Below, piece by piece: positions 1 through 10,824 of a DNA stretch of 64,000 nt (position 1 is the first letter of the stretch; each line of letters opens with the position of its first letter). A program made the position numbers and the translations under genes. The stretch spans positions 5,600,001-5,664,000 of the forward strand of contig OY970368.1 in the NCBI GenBank assembly GCA_963718615.1. Direction: 5' to 3'. Below the pieces are notes generated by a model that was not told where the DNA came from, searched no databases, and saw nothing but the letters and a program-made list of their open reading frames with translations. Origin of the DNA: an uncultured cyanobacterium (lineage in GTDB: Bacteria; Cyanobacteriota; Cyanobacteriia; PCC-9006; JAAUQQ01).

Positions 1-1
1 G

Positions 2-952
2 TTGTTGCCGCTGATTAATGATTATTGCTGGATGATTGGTCGCAGCGAAGACAATGATCTGGTGTTGGGCGATCGCTGGATTTCTCGTAACCATGCCATG
101 TTGCAGCAGATGGGCGGCAACGAAGGGGAGTCAGGAGCCTATTACTTAATTGATCTCGGTAGCCGCAACGGCACGTTCATTAATGGCCGACGGGTGAGTA
201 TTCCTGCGGTGTTGAGCCATGGCGATCGCCTGACCTTTGGCCAAACGGAAGTGGAATTTCATTATCCGAACCACCAAGAAAAGCATAGGGGCTCGGAGCT
301 TCCGGCCCATCACGACCATACGGCGACGGCAACCTTGCATGTGCGCCGCTTGATTTCAGTTTTAGTTCTAGACATCCGAGATTTTACGGTCTTAACCCGT
401 AAAATTGACGAAAGTGTTTTGTCAGAGCTTGTGGGGAGCTGGTTTCGGCGGGCCGGAGAGATCATCCAGCAGCATGGTAGCTGGGTTGACAAATATATTG
501 GCGATGCAGTGATGGCGGTCTGGATCCATGGATCCCAAGAAATTGAGGCCAATGATATTTCTCAGATTCTCAAAGCTTTAGACGCTCTGTATTCGATGAC
601 GGAAGATCTGCAAACCCAGTTTTCGTTACCGTTACCGTTGCGGGTGGGGGCTGGGATCAACTCTGGCTATGCCATGGTGGGCAATGCAGGGACGGGCGAT
701 CGCCCCGATTACACGGCCTTAGGAGATACCGTTAATGCCGCTTTTCGTTTAGAAAGTGCCACTAAAGAAATTCGTACGGATGTCGCCCTAGGACGAGACA
801 CGTATCGCTACATCCTGCAGCATTTACCCGCAGCGGAAACCTGTTTTGCGGAGCACCGGCTTCAGCTCAAAGGCTATGAACAACTGACCTTGGCCTACGC
901 CTGTTCTTTCCAAGAGATGAAGCAGCTCCTCGACAGTCCTTCCGTGAACTAA
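2..952 (+). CDS. FHA domain + class III adenylate/guanylate cyclase (CyaD-like); 5' end probably outside the window
   Basis: FHA motifs IGRSEDNDLVL, ISRNHA, DLGSRNGTFING; cyclase motifs VLDIRDFT, DKYIGDAVMA, GDTVNAAFRLES. Confidence 0.9.
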   Translation: MLPLINDYCWMIGRSEDNDLVLGDRWISRNHAMLQQMGGNEGESGAYYLIDLGSRNGTFINGRRVSIPAVLSHGDRLTFGQTEVEFHYPNHQEKHRGSELPAHHDHTATATLHVRRLISVLVLDIRDFTVLTRKIDESVLSELVGSWFRRAGEIIQQHGSWVDKYIGDAVMAVWIHGSQEIEANDISQILKALDALYSMTEDLQTQFSLPLPLRVGAGINSGYAMVGNAGTGDRPDYTALGDTVNAAFRLESATKEIRTDVALGRDTYRYILQHLPAAETCFAEHRLQLKGYEQLTLAYACSFQEMKQLLDSPSVN

Positions 953-1184
953 ATTCACATTTATGAAGGATTCGTAATATTTACGGAGCGCTTTTCCGGG
1001 ACTTCCCGATTCTTCAGGGGTTGACGATGCTTGCTGGGTACCGCTTGCGGTAGGCTAGTCACTAGCCTGAGAGGTCCGAATTGGGCCTGCCTGGGCGACT
1101 TTTTAGGGCTTTGCTGCAAGCCCACCATACAGATGTAAGACTTTCAATACAAAATAACTAATGCAGGTGAGGTTAAGACTTCGG

Positions 1185-1610
1185 ATGAAAAGGTTAATTA
1201 GCTGGTCAACGCTTCTGGTTGTGTGCTTGATTGCAGTCTTGGGCTTGGTTGTGCCCCGGCCCGTTCAGGCTTCTCCCCTGGCACAAACGATGAGTCCCGT
1301 GACGATTCTAGCTGCTGTGACTTCCCTCAATGAGGCGGATGCAAAGCGCGTTGAAGTGGGTGGGAAGGTCGATGTGAATAATTCCAGCGTTCGTTTCTTC
1401 CTGGATATGCCCGGCATGTATCCCACGATCGCTCGCAAGATTATTGCTAACGCTCCCTACGAGCAAGTTGAGGATATCTTTGATATCCCTGGCTTGACCG
1501 ATCGCCAAAAGGAAATCATTTCGAAATATGTCGATCGCCTCACGGCAACCGAGAAGAGCGAAGCGCTGACCTATGGGGATGACCGCATTAACAACGGTAT
1601 CTATCGATAG
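1185..1610 (+). CDS. psbU: Photosystem II 12 kDa extrinsic protein PsbU
   Basis: Signal peptide, then KVDVNNSSVR..PGMYPTIARKII.NAPY..VED; C-terminal GDDRINNGIYR. ATG at 1185 preferred over 1161. Confidence 0.95.
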   Translation: MKRLISWSTLLVVCLIAVLGLVVPRPVQASPLAQTMSPVTILAAVTSLNEADAKRVEVGGKVDVNNSSVRFFLDMPGMYPTIARKIIANAPYEQVEDIFDIPGLTDRQKEIISKYVDRLTATEKSEALTYGDDRINNGIYR

Positions 1611-1795
1611 GCGCTGAGGCTGCAAAAACCCGGTGTTTACAAGAGCTTCCTCGGTAGCTCACAGCTCAAAAATATAGCTCAAAATGCAGAGCAAAAATAT
1701 AGAGCCAAAGACGATGGTGTTTCCAGAATGGGCACCATCGTTTTCTTTTTGCAGGATGATGAATGAACCAATGATTCAACGACGGTCGGACAGGA

Positions 1796-3613
1796 TTGGA
1801 AAAGTTGGAAAAGGTTGAACTCGATCTTTCTGGGCTTCCCGAGAGTTGGGATGCAATTGTGGTGGGAGCGGGGGCCGCTGGGCTCTATACAGCACTCTGT
1901 TTGCCTCACCATTGGCGGGTATTGCTGTTGACGAAGGATGCACTGCGGCTCTCGGCAAGTGGCTGGGCCCAGGGGGGGATCGCGGCGGCGATCGCCCCAG
2001 AGGATGCTGTGGGGTTGCATGTTAACGATACGCTCCAGGCTGGGGCTGGGCTGTGTGAGCCCCAGGCTGTGCAGTTTTTGGTGGAAGAGGCTGCGGACTG
2101 CATCGAATCCTTGGTGGATTTGGGGGTTGCCTTTGACCGCCAGGCGGGGTTCCTGGCTATGACGCGGGAAGCTGCTCATTCACGACCTCGGGTCCTGCAT
2201 GCGGCGGATCGAACGGGAAAGGCGGTGGTGACAACGCTCACGGCCCAGGTACTGGAGCGAGAGAATATTCAAGTGCTTTCCCAGGCGTTTGTGGTGCAGC
2301 TTTGGCTGAATGGGGAGCAGGGGTGCCAGGGCCTTGGGGTTTGCCAAGGGGACGAAATTCGTTGGTTGCGGGCGAGCGCTGTCATTTTGGCGACGGGCGG
2401 TGGCGGGCAGGTCTTTTCCCACACCACGAACCCAGAGCTCAGTACGGGGGATGGTGTGGCCCTGGCCCATCGAGCCGGAGCTCTCTTGCGGGATCTCGAA
2501 TTTTTCCAGTTTCACCCCACAGCGTTGATGCAGCCTGGAGCCCCTTGCTTTTTGATTAGTGAGGCGGTGCGGGGGGAGGGTGCGCATTTGATTGACAATC
2601 CCGGCGATTCTGCGGGACTAGGCGAAACCAATCGGTTTACGCTGCACTATCACCCCGACGGAGAATTAGCGCCCCGCGATGTGGTGAGTCGGGCGATCTT
2701 TCAGCATTTACAAATCACTGGCCAGCAACGAGTCTGGCTCGATTTACGACCCATTCCCGCTGCCCAGCTCCAGTATCGGTTTCCTAACATCATCCGGGTG
2801 TGTCAAAAATGGGGGATTGATCCCCTCTCAGGACCGATTCCGGTTGCGCCAGCGGCCCACTATTGGATGGGCGGAATTGTGACCAATACGGTTGGACAAA
2901 CTACGGTTCCAGGGCTGTATGCGGTGGGCGAGACTGCGAGTACAGGGGTGCACGGTGCCAACCGCCTTGCCAGTAATTCCTTGTTGGAATGCATTGTCTT
3001 TGGGCGCAAGCTGGGACAGAGTTTGTTGACTCCCTCTCAATCGGTGCCAGCATCAGAGATCCGGGAGAGCCTAGGGCGAGATGTACTAGGGCAACCAGAT
3101 GTATCTGAGAAACGAGCAGTAGAAGTCTTGGCGATCGCCGATCTCGATCCGTCGCCCCATTCTCCGTCGCAGTCATCCAATTCCCTCACAGAGCTCAGCC
3201 AGACCGTTGCGACCCTGCGGCGATCGCTAGCGGAATTGCTATGGACCCATGCCGGGATCTGTCGGGAACAGTCGGTCATGGCAGCGGGTTTGGTGGCGAT
3301 TCAGGCCCTACAAGCAGAATTTGAAGCCTTGCCCTTAACCCAGACACTGAGAGCGATCGCGCCGGGTACGGACTATCATCTCGGGGAACCGGGGGCCAGT
3401 CAGCTGCTGCGGGCTTGGGGAGAACTCAATAATTTATTGACCATTGGCCAGCTCATTTTGACCAGTGCTCTATTCCGGGAAGAAAGCCGGGGGGGTCATT
3501 ATCGCTTAGATTTTCCGACGACCCAGGAGGCTTGGCGGGTGCATACGTTGGTGAGGGGCGATCGTTGGTTCAAGTCGGAGCCGGTTACCGATGGAGTGGA
3601 TGCAAAAAAGTAA
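1796..3613 (+). CDS. nadB: L-aspartate oxidase
   Basis: GAGAAGL FAD motif, WAQGGIAAA, EAAHSRPRVLHAAD, QFHPT, HYWMGG, VHGANRLASNSL, ESRGGHYR. Confidence 0.95.
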   Translation: MEKLEKVELDLSGLPESWDAIVVGAGAAGLYTALCLPHHWRVLLLTKDALRLSASGWAQGGIAAAIAPEDAVGLHVNDTLQAGAGLCEPQAVQFLVEEAADCIESLVDLGVAFDRQAGFLAMTREAAHSRPRVLHAADRTGKAVVTTLTAQVLERENIQVLSQAFVVQLWLNGEQGCQGLGVCQGDEIRWLRASAVILATGGGGQVFSHTTNPELSTGDGVALAHRAGALLRDLEFFQFHPTALMQPGAPCFLISEAVRGEGAHLIDNPGDSAGLGETNRFTLHYHPDGELAPRDVVSRAIFQHLQITGQQRVWLDLRPIPAAQLQYRFPNIIRVCQKWGIDPLSGPIPVAPAAHYWMGGIVTNTVGQTTVPGLYAVGETASTGVHGANRLASNSLLECIVFGRKLGQSLLTPSQSVPASEIRESLGRDVLGQPDVSEKRAVEVLAIADLDPSPHSPSQSSNSLTELSQTVATLRRSLAELLWTHAGICREQSVMAAGLVAIQALQAEFEALPLTQTLRAIAPGTDYHLGEPGASQLLRAWGELNNLLTIGQLILTSALFREESRGGHYRLDFPTTQEAWRVHTLVRGDRWFKSEPVTDGVDAKK

Positions 3614-3623
3614 AAATCGGAAA

Positions 3624-4535
3624 TTAGAAATCCCTAGATACCCCATACCCAGATTCCTGGGCCAGCGTCTCCAGATCCTGAGTCCCGCTCAGGGTCTTCT
3701 CGCCCAATTTCCAGGTGGGGAAGCCATCAATCCCGGCAGCCCGACAACGGGCGGTTTCGGAATTGACCCCCTGGGGATCGCATTCGACATAGGGTAAAAT
3801 CGCGGCCCCTTCCTGGCCAAACAGCTTCTTTTGCTCCTGGCAGTGGGGGCACCAGTAGGCTCCGTACATGACTGCACCACTGGCTTTGAGATGCTCTGCC
3901 AGTTTGAGTGCCGCCGGACTTGACGGCGTCGTAATCTCAGGAACGCTGGACGAGGACAAGTTGCCTAAGCCAGGTCCTTGGGCATTGGCATAGAGCCCGA
4001 ACGTGCCCACACCCACAACCAGCGCCACGAGCAAACCATTAAACAGCAGCCCTCCCCCATCCGCTGAAAAACGGCTGAGCAGAACCAACATCCAGAGGCT
4101 GAAGGCGCAAAGGGCGGAAAGGAGACAGTAGAGGCAGAGGGCTTGCAGTTCAAAGGCCAGAAGATAGAGCAAAAAGCCGCTAAACAGAGCGATCGCCGTC
4201 GTCCCTAAAAACAGCAGCGACCAAGTGCGTTGTTCCCAGGTCGATGCTTGAGTCGATGCTTTTCCCGATCGGCCCTCGTTGCGCAACAGCAGGGGTCCCC
4301 CAGCTAATAGGGCGATCGCCCCATAGGCCAACGCGCCAAACAGCGCCAGCGGCAAGCCCAACACCTCGGCATAGGGGCTATTTAAGACCGTGTCGCATCC
4401 CGCCGTTGGACAGAGCGCTTGGCCCCCCTGGAGTTTGACGATCGTGAGATAGCTTGTGAGTAGCAGCCCTAGGGAGGCGATCGCCGTCAGAACAGGGCGA
4501 ATCCAAGGCTGAGGGGCAGATCGACGGCTGGACAT
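3624..4535 (-). CDS. Vitamin K epoxide reductase (VKOR) fused to thioredoxin-like domain
   Basis: CPTAGCDTVLNSPYA, TM helices with CLYC, C-terminal YGAYWCPHC...GFPTW. Confidence 0.92.
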   Translation of the reverse strand: MSSRRSAPQPWIRPVLTAIASLGLLLTSYLTIVKLQGGQALCPTAGCDTVLNSPYAEVLGLPLALFGALAYGAIALLAGGPLLLRNEGRSGKASTQASTWEQRTWSLLFLGTTAIALFSGFLLYLLAFELQALCLYCLLSALCAFSLWMLVLLSRFSADGGGLLFNGLLVALVVGVGTFGLYANAQGPGLGNLSSSSVPEITTPSSPAALKLAEHLKASGAVMYGAYWCPHCQEQKKLFGQEGAAILPYVECDPQGVNSETARCRAAGIDGFPTWKLGEKTLSGTQDLETLAQESGYGVSRDF

Positions 4536-4580
4536 AGCGCTATCCCAAAAAACTGAAAAAAGTAAAGACTCAAAAAAGAC

Positions 4581-5438
4581 TTAGGACATCGAAGCAATAA
4601 TCGGGGTGGCGTCCGCAGGGGCCGCATTCGCCGGGACGGGAACTGGCGTTTGCATCGCTTCCATAAATTGGCTGACGCGTACCGGATCAATGGGATGCTC
4701 CCGATGACCATGACGCTTCAGCGACGACGATACAATCACGCCATCGGCGTAGGCTTTGAGCGCAGCAATATTGTCTATATCTGCCCCGCTGCCAATCAAA
4801 ACCGGCGTTTCTTTCGCTGCGGCCTTGGCCAATTCCAGGTCTTCTAGGCTCGGGGGACTGCCCGTTGCCCAACCGGACAGAATAACCGCATCTGCTAAGC
4901 CTCGGTCAATCGTGTCCTGCACCGCCACCGTTAGGTTAGGAGTCCCCAAGGGCCGAGCATGCTTGACCAAAACATCCGCCAAAATTTTGACATCACTGCC
5001 CAATTCTCGCCGATAGCGCAGAATCTCATGGGCCTGTCCTTCAATCAGACCCTGATCCGTTGCCATCACCCCCGTTAGGACATTGACGCGAATAAACTGT
5101 GCGCCGGTACAGGTGGCGATCGCCAAAGCGCTGCGCGCATCATTGCGCAGCACATTGATCCCGAGGGGCAGTGTGACTAAGCCCTTAATCTGTTCCACAA
5201 TCAGCGTCATCGCACTGACCACAGCGGGATCCACTCGATCCTTGGAAAAGGGTGCATCAAAGAAGTTTTCGATGATAATGCCGTTGACGCCCCCCGTCGC
5301 CAAGGCCGTCGCCTCCTGCTCCGCCCGCTCAATCACGGCATGCAGATTTCCTCCCCAACGGGCCGAGGTGGGCAGGGGCAGCAGATGGACCACCCCAATG
5401 ACCGGGGTAGAAGTTTTAAAGATATGCGCTAAATCCAC
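4581..5438 (-). CDS. btpA: Photosystem I biogenesis protein BtpA (BtpA/SgcQ family)
   Basis: IGVVHLLPLPTSARWGG, ENFFDAPF, GINVLRND, ADVLVKHA. Confidence 0.95.
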   Translation of the reverse strand: MDLAHIFKTSTPVIGVVHLLPLPTSARWGGNLHAVIERAEQEATALATGGVNGIIIENFFDAPFSKDRVDPAVVSAMTLIVEQIKGLVTLPLGINVLRNDARSALAIATCTGAQFIRVNVLTGVMATDQGLIEGQAHEILRYRRELGSDVKILADVLVKHARPLGTPNLTVAVQDTIDRGLADAVILSGWATGSPPSLEDLELAKAAAKETPVLIGSGADIDNIAALKAYADGVIVSSSLKRHGHREHPIDPVRVSQFMEAMQTPVPVPANAAPADATPIIASMS

Positions 5439-5771
5439 AGGTTTTGACTGAACTCAAGGACGCTTCCGGCAAGGCAACCACCCCAAATCATAGCGGTTCA
5501 TCGACCTTCCCTTGGGGATGTCCAGAGCGTCAGTTCAAAAAAAAGGCTTAACACATCGTAATATTTTTGAGTTTTGGGTTAGGATGTAGGCTGTAAAGTT
5601 CCTGTACGATTGCAGAACCAGAACGGTAAGCCCAATTCAGGCTTATTCCATGCAGTCTGGTGGCGCGAGGGATTGTCCGTCGCATTAAGGCGATCGCTAC
5701 AGAATAGTGTTCCTTGTGGACACGGCCTTATTGGACTGACGCTCCTGGATTCCAGGTTTTTCGAAGGAAAT

Positions 5772-7157
5772 ATGGGCAATACGCCAACCATCGCCTTTTC
5801 CCATTTGGGTTGCGAAAAGAATCGAATCGATACCGAACATATGATTGGTCTCCTAGCAGAGGCAGGCTATGACGTTGATGCCAATGAAGAGCTAGCCGAT
5901 TATGTGGTCGTTAATACCTGTAGCTTCATCCAAGCCGCTCGGGAGGAATCCGTGCGCACGCTGGTCGAACTTGCGGAAGCCGGTAAGAAAATTGTGATCT
6001 CGGGCTGTATGGCCCAGCATTTCCAAGAGGAATTGCTAGAGGAACTGCCTGAAGCCGTTGCCCTCGTGGGTACGGGGGACTACCACAAAATTGTGGATGT
6101 GATTCAGCGTGCAGAAGCCGGGGAGCGGGTGAAGGAAGTTTCCCTAGAGCCGACGTATATTGCTGACGAAAACTTGCCGCGCTATCGGACCACGACGGAA
6201 GCGATCGCCTATGTCCGGGTTGCCGAAGGCTGCGACTATCGCTGTGCCTTTTGCATTATTCCCCATCTGCGAGGAAATCAGCGATCGCGCCCCATCGAGT
6301 CCATCGTGGCCGAAGCTAAGCGTTTGGCCTCGGAAGGTGTGCAGGAAATTATCTTAATTTCCCAGATCACGACGAATTACGGGGTAGACTTGTATGGTAA
6401 GCCGAAGCTGGCAGAGTTGTTGCGAGCACTGGGTCAAGTCGATGTGCCCTGGATTCGGATTCACTATGCCTATCCGACTGGCCTGACGCCAGACGTGATC
6501 CAGGCCATCCAGGAAACGCCCAATATCTTACCCTATCTCGATTTGCCCCTTCAGCATTCCCATCCGGACGTACTCAAGGCGATGAATCGACCCTGGCAAG
6601 GCCAGGTCAATGACAAGATTATTGCGCGCCTCCGGGAATCCTTGCCCGATGCGGTGTTGAGAACCACCTTTATTGTCGGATTTCCCGGTGAGACAGACGA
6701 GCAGTTTGAACATCTAATTGAGTTTGTTCAACGGCACGAGTTTGACCATGTGGGTGTGTTTACGTTCTCTCCTGAAGAAGGCACACCTGCCTTTGACTTG
6801 CCCAATCCGGTTCCTCCGGAAATTATGGAGGCCCGGCGCGATCGCCTGATGTCCATCCAGCAGCCCATTGCCCACCGGCGCAATCGCCGGGAAATTGGGC
6901 GGATTGTGGATGTCTTAGTTGAGCAGGAACATCCCGGTCGGGGAATCAAAATTGGGCGATCGGCCCGCTTTGCCCCTGATGTCGATGGCTTGGTCTATGT
7001 TCAGGGCGAAGCCAGATTGGGAAGTTTAGTGCCGGTTCGAATCACCGATGCAGATATCTATGACCTGCATGGTGAAGTCGCCACTGCTGCCGATATGTTT
7101 GCGATGTCCACTGCTTCAGCAGTAGACGCTGAAGCGGTTCAGTCAGTCACGCTTTAA
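5772..7157 (+). CDS. rimO: Ribosomal protein S12 methylthiotransferase RimO
   Basis: [20 protein letters not shown], radical [15 protein letters not shown] domain. ATG 5772 (MGNTPTIAF) preferred over TTG 5610. Confidence 0.96.
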   Translation: MGNTPTIAFSHLGCEKNRIDTEHMIGLLAEAGYDVDANEELADYVVVNTCSFIQAAREESVRTLVELAEAGKKIVISGCMAQHFQEELLEELPEAVALVGTGDYHKIVDVIQRAEAGERVKEVSLEPTYIADENLPRYRTTTEAIAYVRVAEGCDYRCAFCIIPHLRGNQRSRPIESIVAEAKRLASEGVQEIILISQITTNYGVDLYGKPKLAELLRALGQVDVPWIRIHYAYPTGLTPDVIQAIQETPNILPYLDLPLQHSHPDVLKAMNRPWQGQVNDKIIARLRESLPDAVLRTTFIVGFPGETDEQFEHLIEFVQRHEFDHVGVFTFSPEEGTPAFDLPNPVPPEIMEARRDRLMSIQQPIAHRRNRREIGRIVDVLVEQEHPGRGIKIGRSARFAPDVDGLVYVQGEARLGSLVPVRITDADIYDLHGEVATAADMFAMSTASAVDAEAVQSVTL

Positions 7158-7273
7158 CGATTTGCGTTGAGGCCCGTTGGGTCTAGACCCCTGTCTAGTC
7201 CTGCTTTAGGAATGGGTTACAACGCGCAATGCCCACGGCGTCTAAGAGCGCCACTCAATTTCATGAGGATGAA

Positions 7274-8794
7274 ATGACAGTATCTTTCCAAAGTCTCGGT
7301 CTTTCGGACAGTCGAGTTCAGGCGCTTGAGGAGCTTGGGTTTGTTGAGCCCACTAAAATTCAGGCGGAAGCGATCCCCCATCTCATGGCGGGTCGAGATG
7401 TATTAGGCATGGCCCAAACGGGGACCGGCAAAACCGCAGCGTTTGCCCTGCCGATTCTGGAGCGCCTTGATCCCACCAGCCGCGATGTACAGGCGTTAAT
7501 CTTGACGCCGACGCGGGAGCTGGCGCTCCAAGTGGGTCAAGCGATTCGTCAATTTATGCTCGATCGCGCCCAAAACGACGAGGGTCAGCGGTTGCATCGG
7601 CCCTTTATTCTGACGGTGTATGGGGGTCAGGCGATCGATCGTCAGGTGCAGCGTCTGGAGCGCGGTGTTCAGATTGTTGTTGGTACTCCTGGTCGTGTCT
7701 TAGATTTGCTGCGGCGTGGTGATTTGCGCCTCAAAGGTCTGGAGTGGCTAGTCCTCGATGAAGCGGACGAAATGCTCAGCATGGGCTTTTTGACTGATGT
7801 GGAATCGATTTTGAAACAGGCTCCGACGGATCGTCAGACGGCCTTTTTCTCGGCAACGATGCCGCCCTCCATCCGTCAACTGGTCAGTCAGTTTCTCAGA
7901 GATCCCGTCACGGTCAAGGTGAAAGCGGCTCAAGGGGGCACGCCTTCCCGGATTAACCAGGTGGCCTATACGGTGCCGCGCGGTTGGTCTAAGGCGAAAG
8001 CGTTGCTGCCGGTCATGGCCTTTGAAGAGCCGGAGTCTGCCATTATCTTTGTGCGCACCCGTCGAACCGCAGCGGAGCTCACCAGCTATCTTCAGGGATC
8101 GGGGTATAGCGTTGATGAATATCACGGCGACCTTAGCCAGTCCCAGCGGGAGCGCATGCTGCAACGTTTCCGGGAAAAACAGGTGCGTTGGATCGTGGCG
8201 ACGGATATCGCGGCACGGGGCATCCATGTGGATGATCTGAGCCATGTGGTCAATTTTGATTTGCCCGATAGCGTGGAAAACTATGTCCACCGCATTGGCC
8301 GGACGGGCCGTGCAGGCAAAGAAGGCACGGCGATTTCCCTTATCCAGAACTATGACCGTCGTAAGCTGCGGGATGTTGAATTTCACACCAGCCAGCGTCT
8401 GGAAATGCGATCGATCCCGACGCGGGCCGAAATCGAAGCGCGTCATCTGGAGAAGTTCAAAGATCAACTGCGGGAGGTGATGGAAGGTGAACGGATGGCC
8501 TCATTCCTGTCCATTGCCGCAGAATTAGCCGAGGAGTTTGAGCCTAAGGCGATCGCAGCAGCAGCCCTACAAATGGCCTACGACGGCACCCGTCCCACTT
8601 GGCTGAGTCCCGAATGGGGTGAAGATGCCCCCGATGATTTCCGTCCGTCGCGTCGCAGTGGCGGAGGGGGACGTTCGGCGGGAGGTTCCGGCGGTGGTGG
8701 CGGCAGCCGGGGGGGCGGGAGTTACCGCTCTAGCCAACCCCGTCGTAATTCTGGTGAGCGTGCACCTGCGCCGATTAAGCGGGTTGAGCGTTAA
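7274..8794 (+). CDS. crhR: DEAD-box RNA helicase (CrhR type)
   Basis: AQTGTGKT, PTRELA, DEAD, SAT, HRIGRTGRAG. Lies directly downstream of rimO, the known cyanobacterial rimO-crhR arrangement. Confidence 0.9.
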   Translation: MTVSFQSLGLSDSRVQALEELGFVEPTKIQAEAIPHLMAGRDVLGMAQTGTGKTAAFALPILERLDPTSRDVQALILTPTRELALQVGQAIRQFMLDRAQNDEGQRLHRPFILTVYGGQAIDRQVQRLERGVQIVVGTPGRVLDLLRRGDLRLKGLEWLVLDEADEMLSMGFLTDVESILKQAPTDRQTAFFSATMPPSIRQLVSQFLRDPVTVKVKAAQGGTPSRINQVAYTVPRGWSKAKALLPVMAFEEPESAIIFVRTRRTAAELTSYLQGSGYSVDEYHGDLSQSQRERMLQRFREKQVRWIVATDIAARGIHVDDLSHVVNFDLPDSVENYVHRIGRTGRAGKEGTAISLIQNYDRRKLRDVEFHTSQRLEMRSIPTRAEIEARHLEKFKDQLREVMEGERMASFLSIAAELAEEFEPKAIAAAALQMAYDGTRPTWLSPEWGEDAPDDFRPSRRSGGGGRSAGGSGGGGGSRGGGSYRSSQPRRNSGERAPAPIKRVER

Positions 8795-9771
8795 CTCATA
8801 GCCATTAAGGTTTGACAATCTGCCGGACTCAGGGACCATCCTAGAGCTCCGGCATTTTGTTGGGCTTGCAGAGCATTTTTGGCTCCTGGAATGGGGACGG
8901 TGCCTTGGGAAATCAGCCAATTGAGTGCCACTTGGGCGGGGGTTTTTTGGTGAGTTTGGGCGATCGCCCGCAAAGCTTCAAACAAAGGTTCTAGCTTTTT
9001 CAAGCCTGCTTCGCTAAAGCGGGGATCAAGCCGTCGTGCTCCCACAGGAGATTGGTCCGAGGTTGCGCTGTATTTTCCGGTGAGCAGTCCCTGGGCCAAG
9101 GGACTATAGGCCAAAATCGTCACTCCCAGGTCCTGGGCTGTGGCCAGAACTCCATTGGTTTCCACCTGTCGGGCGAGGAGCGAATATTGCACCTGATTGA
9201 CCGCCAAGGGAATCCCAAAGGAGGCAAGATAGTCGTGGGCCTGCTTCATTTGCTCCGCAGAATAATTGCTGACCCCGACGGTCTGAATCCGGCCTCGCTT
9301 AACCTCCTGGGCAAGTGCTTCCATCAAAGGGCGTGGCCCCAAAAAGAAATCCAAGGGCCAGTGGACCTGGTACAAGGTAACGGAAGTCACACCGAGGCGC
9401 GTTAAACTAGCAGTCAGGGCATCTTCCACCGCCGACGGGGTAAAGCGCCAAGGCAGGGGAAAATATTTGGTGGCAATCTGGATTGCAGGGTCCGAGGATT
9501 GGCGATTGGCCGCTCGAAGAAAGCGACCCAGTAGTCGTTCTGACTCCCCCAGTCCATAGACCTCAGCGGTATCAAAAAAACGGATGCCTGCTGCCACAGC
9601 TGCATTAAACGCAGCTTGGAGTTCGGCTTCTCCATAGCGATTGCCATAGCCCCAAAAGAGGCGATCGCCCCAAGCCCAAGTCCCGATCCCTAAGGCTGGA
9701 ATGCGTGGACCTTGGGGGCCTAGGATAACGGATTGCAGTTCAGCATCAGTGTCAAAGTTGAGCGAAGTCAT
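8791..9771 (-). CDS. Aldo/keto reductase
   Basis: GIGTWAWGD, FDTAEVYG, IATK, LYQVHWP, GVSNYS, AYSPLAQGLLTGKY, PIPGAK. Confidence 0.93.
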   Translation of the reverse strand: MTSLNFDTDAELQSVILGPQGPRIPALGIGTWAWGDRLFWGYGNRYGEAELQAAFNAAVAAGIRFFDTAEVYGLGESERLLGRFLRAANRQSSDPAIQIATKYFPLPWRFTPSAVEDALTASLTRLGVTSVTLYQVHWPLDFFLGPRPLMEALAQEVKRGRIQTVGVSNYSAEQMKQAHDYLASFGIPLAVNQVQYSLLARQVETNGVLATAQDLGVTILAYSPLAQGLLTGKYSATSDQSPVGARRLDPRFSEAGLKKLEPLFEALRAIAQTHQKTPAQVALNWLISQGTVPIPGAKNALQAQQNAGALGWSLSPADCQTLMAMS

Positions 9772-10079
9772 AAACAATAAGGAGGTAGAAGAGCAGGAAC
9801 AATGATGGGGTAATAGATGAAGTTTTAACGAAGTAAAACGATTCTAGAAACTTAAATCAGAAACTTAAGCCAGAAACTGGAAAAGCGATCGCCTTCTGCT
9901 AACGAGATCTAAAAACTAAAGCTAAATTGTAAATGTTTCCGTAAACTAAGTAGATTTGAATCATCCTAAAGTCAGATTGACGCTGGGTGCTGGCGCTGCA
10001 TCGGCTTAAGCCAATGGGAATGCTCTGGAATGGGGCATGAAGAACCTGTATTCTCATAGATATTGCGAGGATTTATACC

Positions 10080-10796
10080 ATGGAGCTTCATAAAAACCTT
10101 AAGAAAAGTGGTGTTGAAAATAATTCTCTGCAACGTCTGATCCGAAGCCCTGGGTTTATTTGGGTCAATGGTCTTTCCATCGGATTTCTAGGGGCATTAG
10201 GCCTTTACGCACGCATTTTTAGTAAAGGAGTTGGGTTTTCACTCTTATTTAGCGATCCCTTTATTGGTCGACCCTTGTATCAAGGGCTATTTACCAATGT
10301 GTCTGAAGTGATTTGGTGTGTGGCCTTCTCCATTTGCCTGTTTAGTTTTGGCATGGTGCGATCGCTACGCCCCCCCCGTCAAGCGGATCGATTTTTGCTG
10401 GCAACAGCATTTCTAATTTTATTCTTGCTGCTAGATGATATTCAGAGAATCACATTGATTTTGCATTATGAGTTTGGATTGCCTAAAATTCTAATGCTGG
10501 GCTTTTATGGAATTATTGCTATTGCCTATGCGACTGTGTTTAGACGATATATTTTGCAGCGAACGCCGTATTTTTTGCTCATTATTACCATCGTCTTTTT
10601 CGTGATTTCGAGTTTGGCGGATGTGGCAACTGAGTTGTTTAGAATAGTGAATCAATTAGGCCCCATGGCGATGCTAGAAGACGGCAGTAAAATGATTGGG
10701 TTACTGAATCTCGTGCTATTTTGCTGGAAAGTGGGCCAGCAGGAAATCTTTGAGGCTATTCAGCAGCGCCCTTGGCCGTCGAAGCCGGTAGACTAA
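10080..10796 (+). CDS. Conserved multi-pass membrane protein, function unknown
   Basis: About six hydrophobic segments; LLLDD and EDGSK motifs within or next to TM helices. Confidence 0.75.
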   Translation: MELHKNLKKSGVENNSLQRLIRSPGFIWVNGLSIGFLGALGLYARIFSKGVGFSLLFSDPFIGRPLYQGLFTNVSEVIWCVAFSICLFSFGMVRSLRPPRQADRFLLATAFLILFLLLDDIQRITLILHYEFGLPKILMLGFYGIIAIAYATVFRRYILQRTPYFLLIITIVFFVISSLADVATELFRIVNQLGPMAMLEDGSKMIGLLNLVLFCWKVGQQEIFEAIQQRPWPSKPVD

Positions 10797-10824
10797 ACCC
10801 TCAGGTTGTCTAGCTGTTTCCCAG

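Noticed and set aside
3020-3210. Ser/Pro-rich insertion between the catalytic and C-terminal domains of NadB
   Set aside because: A variable linker; no intein motifs or mobile-element signature.
7748-8467. 239-aa antisense ORF inside crhR (similar shadows: 13074..13667, 25246..25893, 38542..39270, 43714..44301)
   Set aside because: Each lies wholly or almost wholly opposite well-conserved genes and has no recognisable motifs; expected shadow ORFs in GC-rich coding DNA.
5772-8794. btpA / rimO-crhR arrangement as a novelty
   Set aside because: rimO-crhR is a known conserved cyanobacterial operon.
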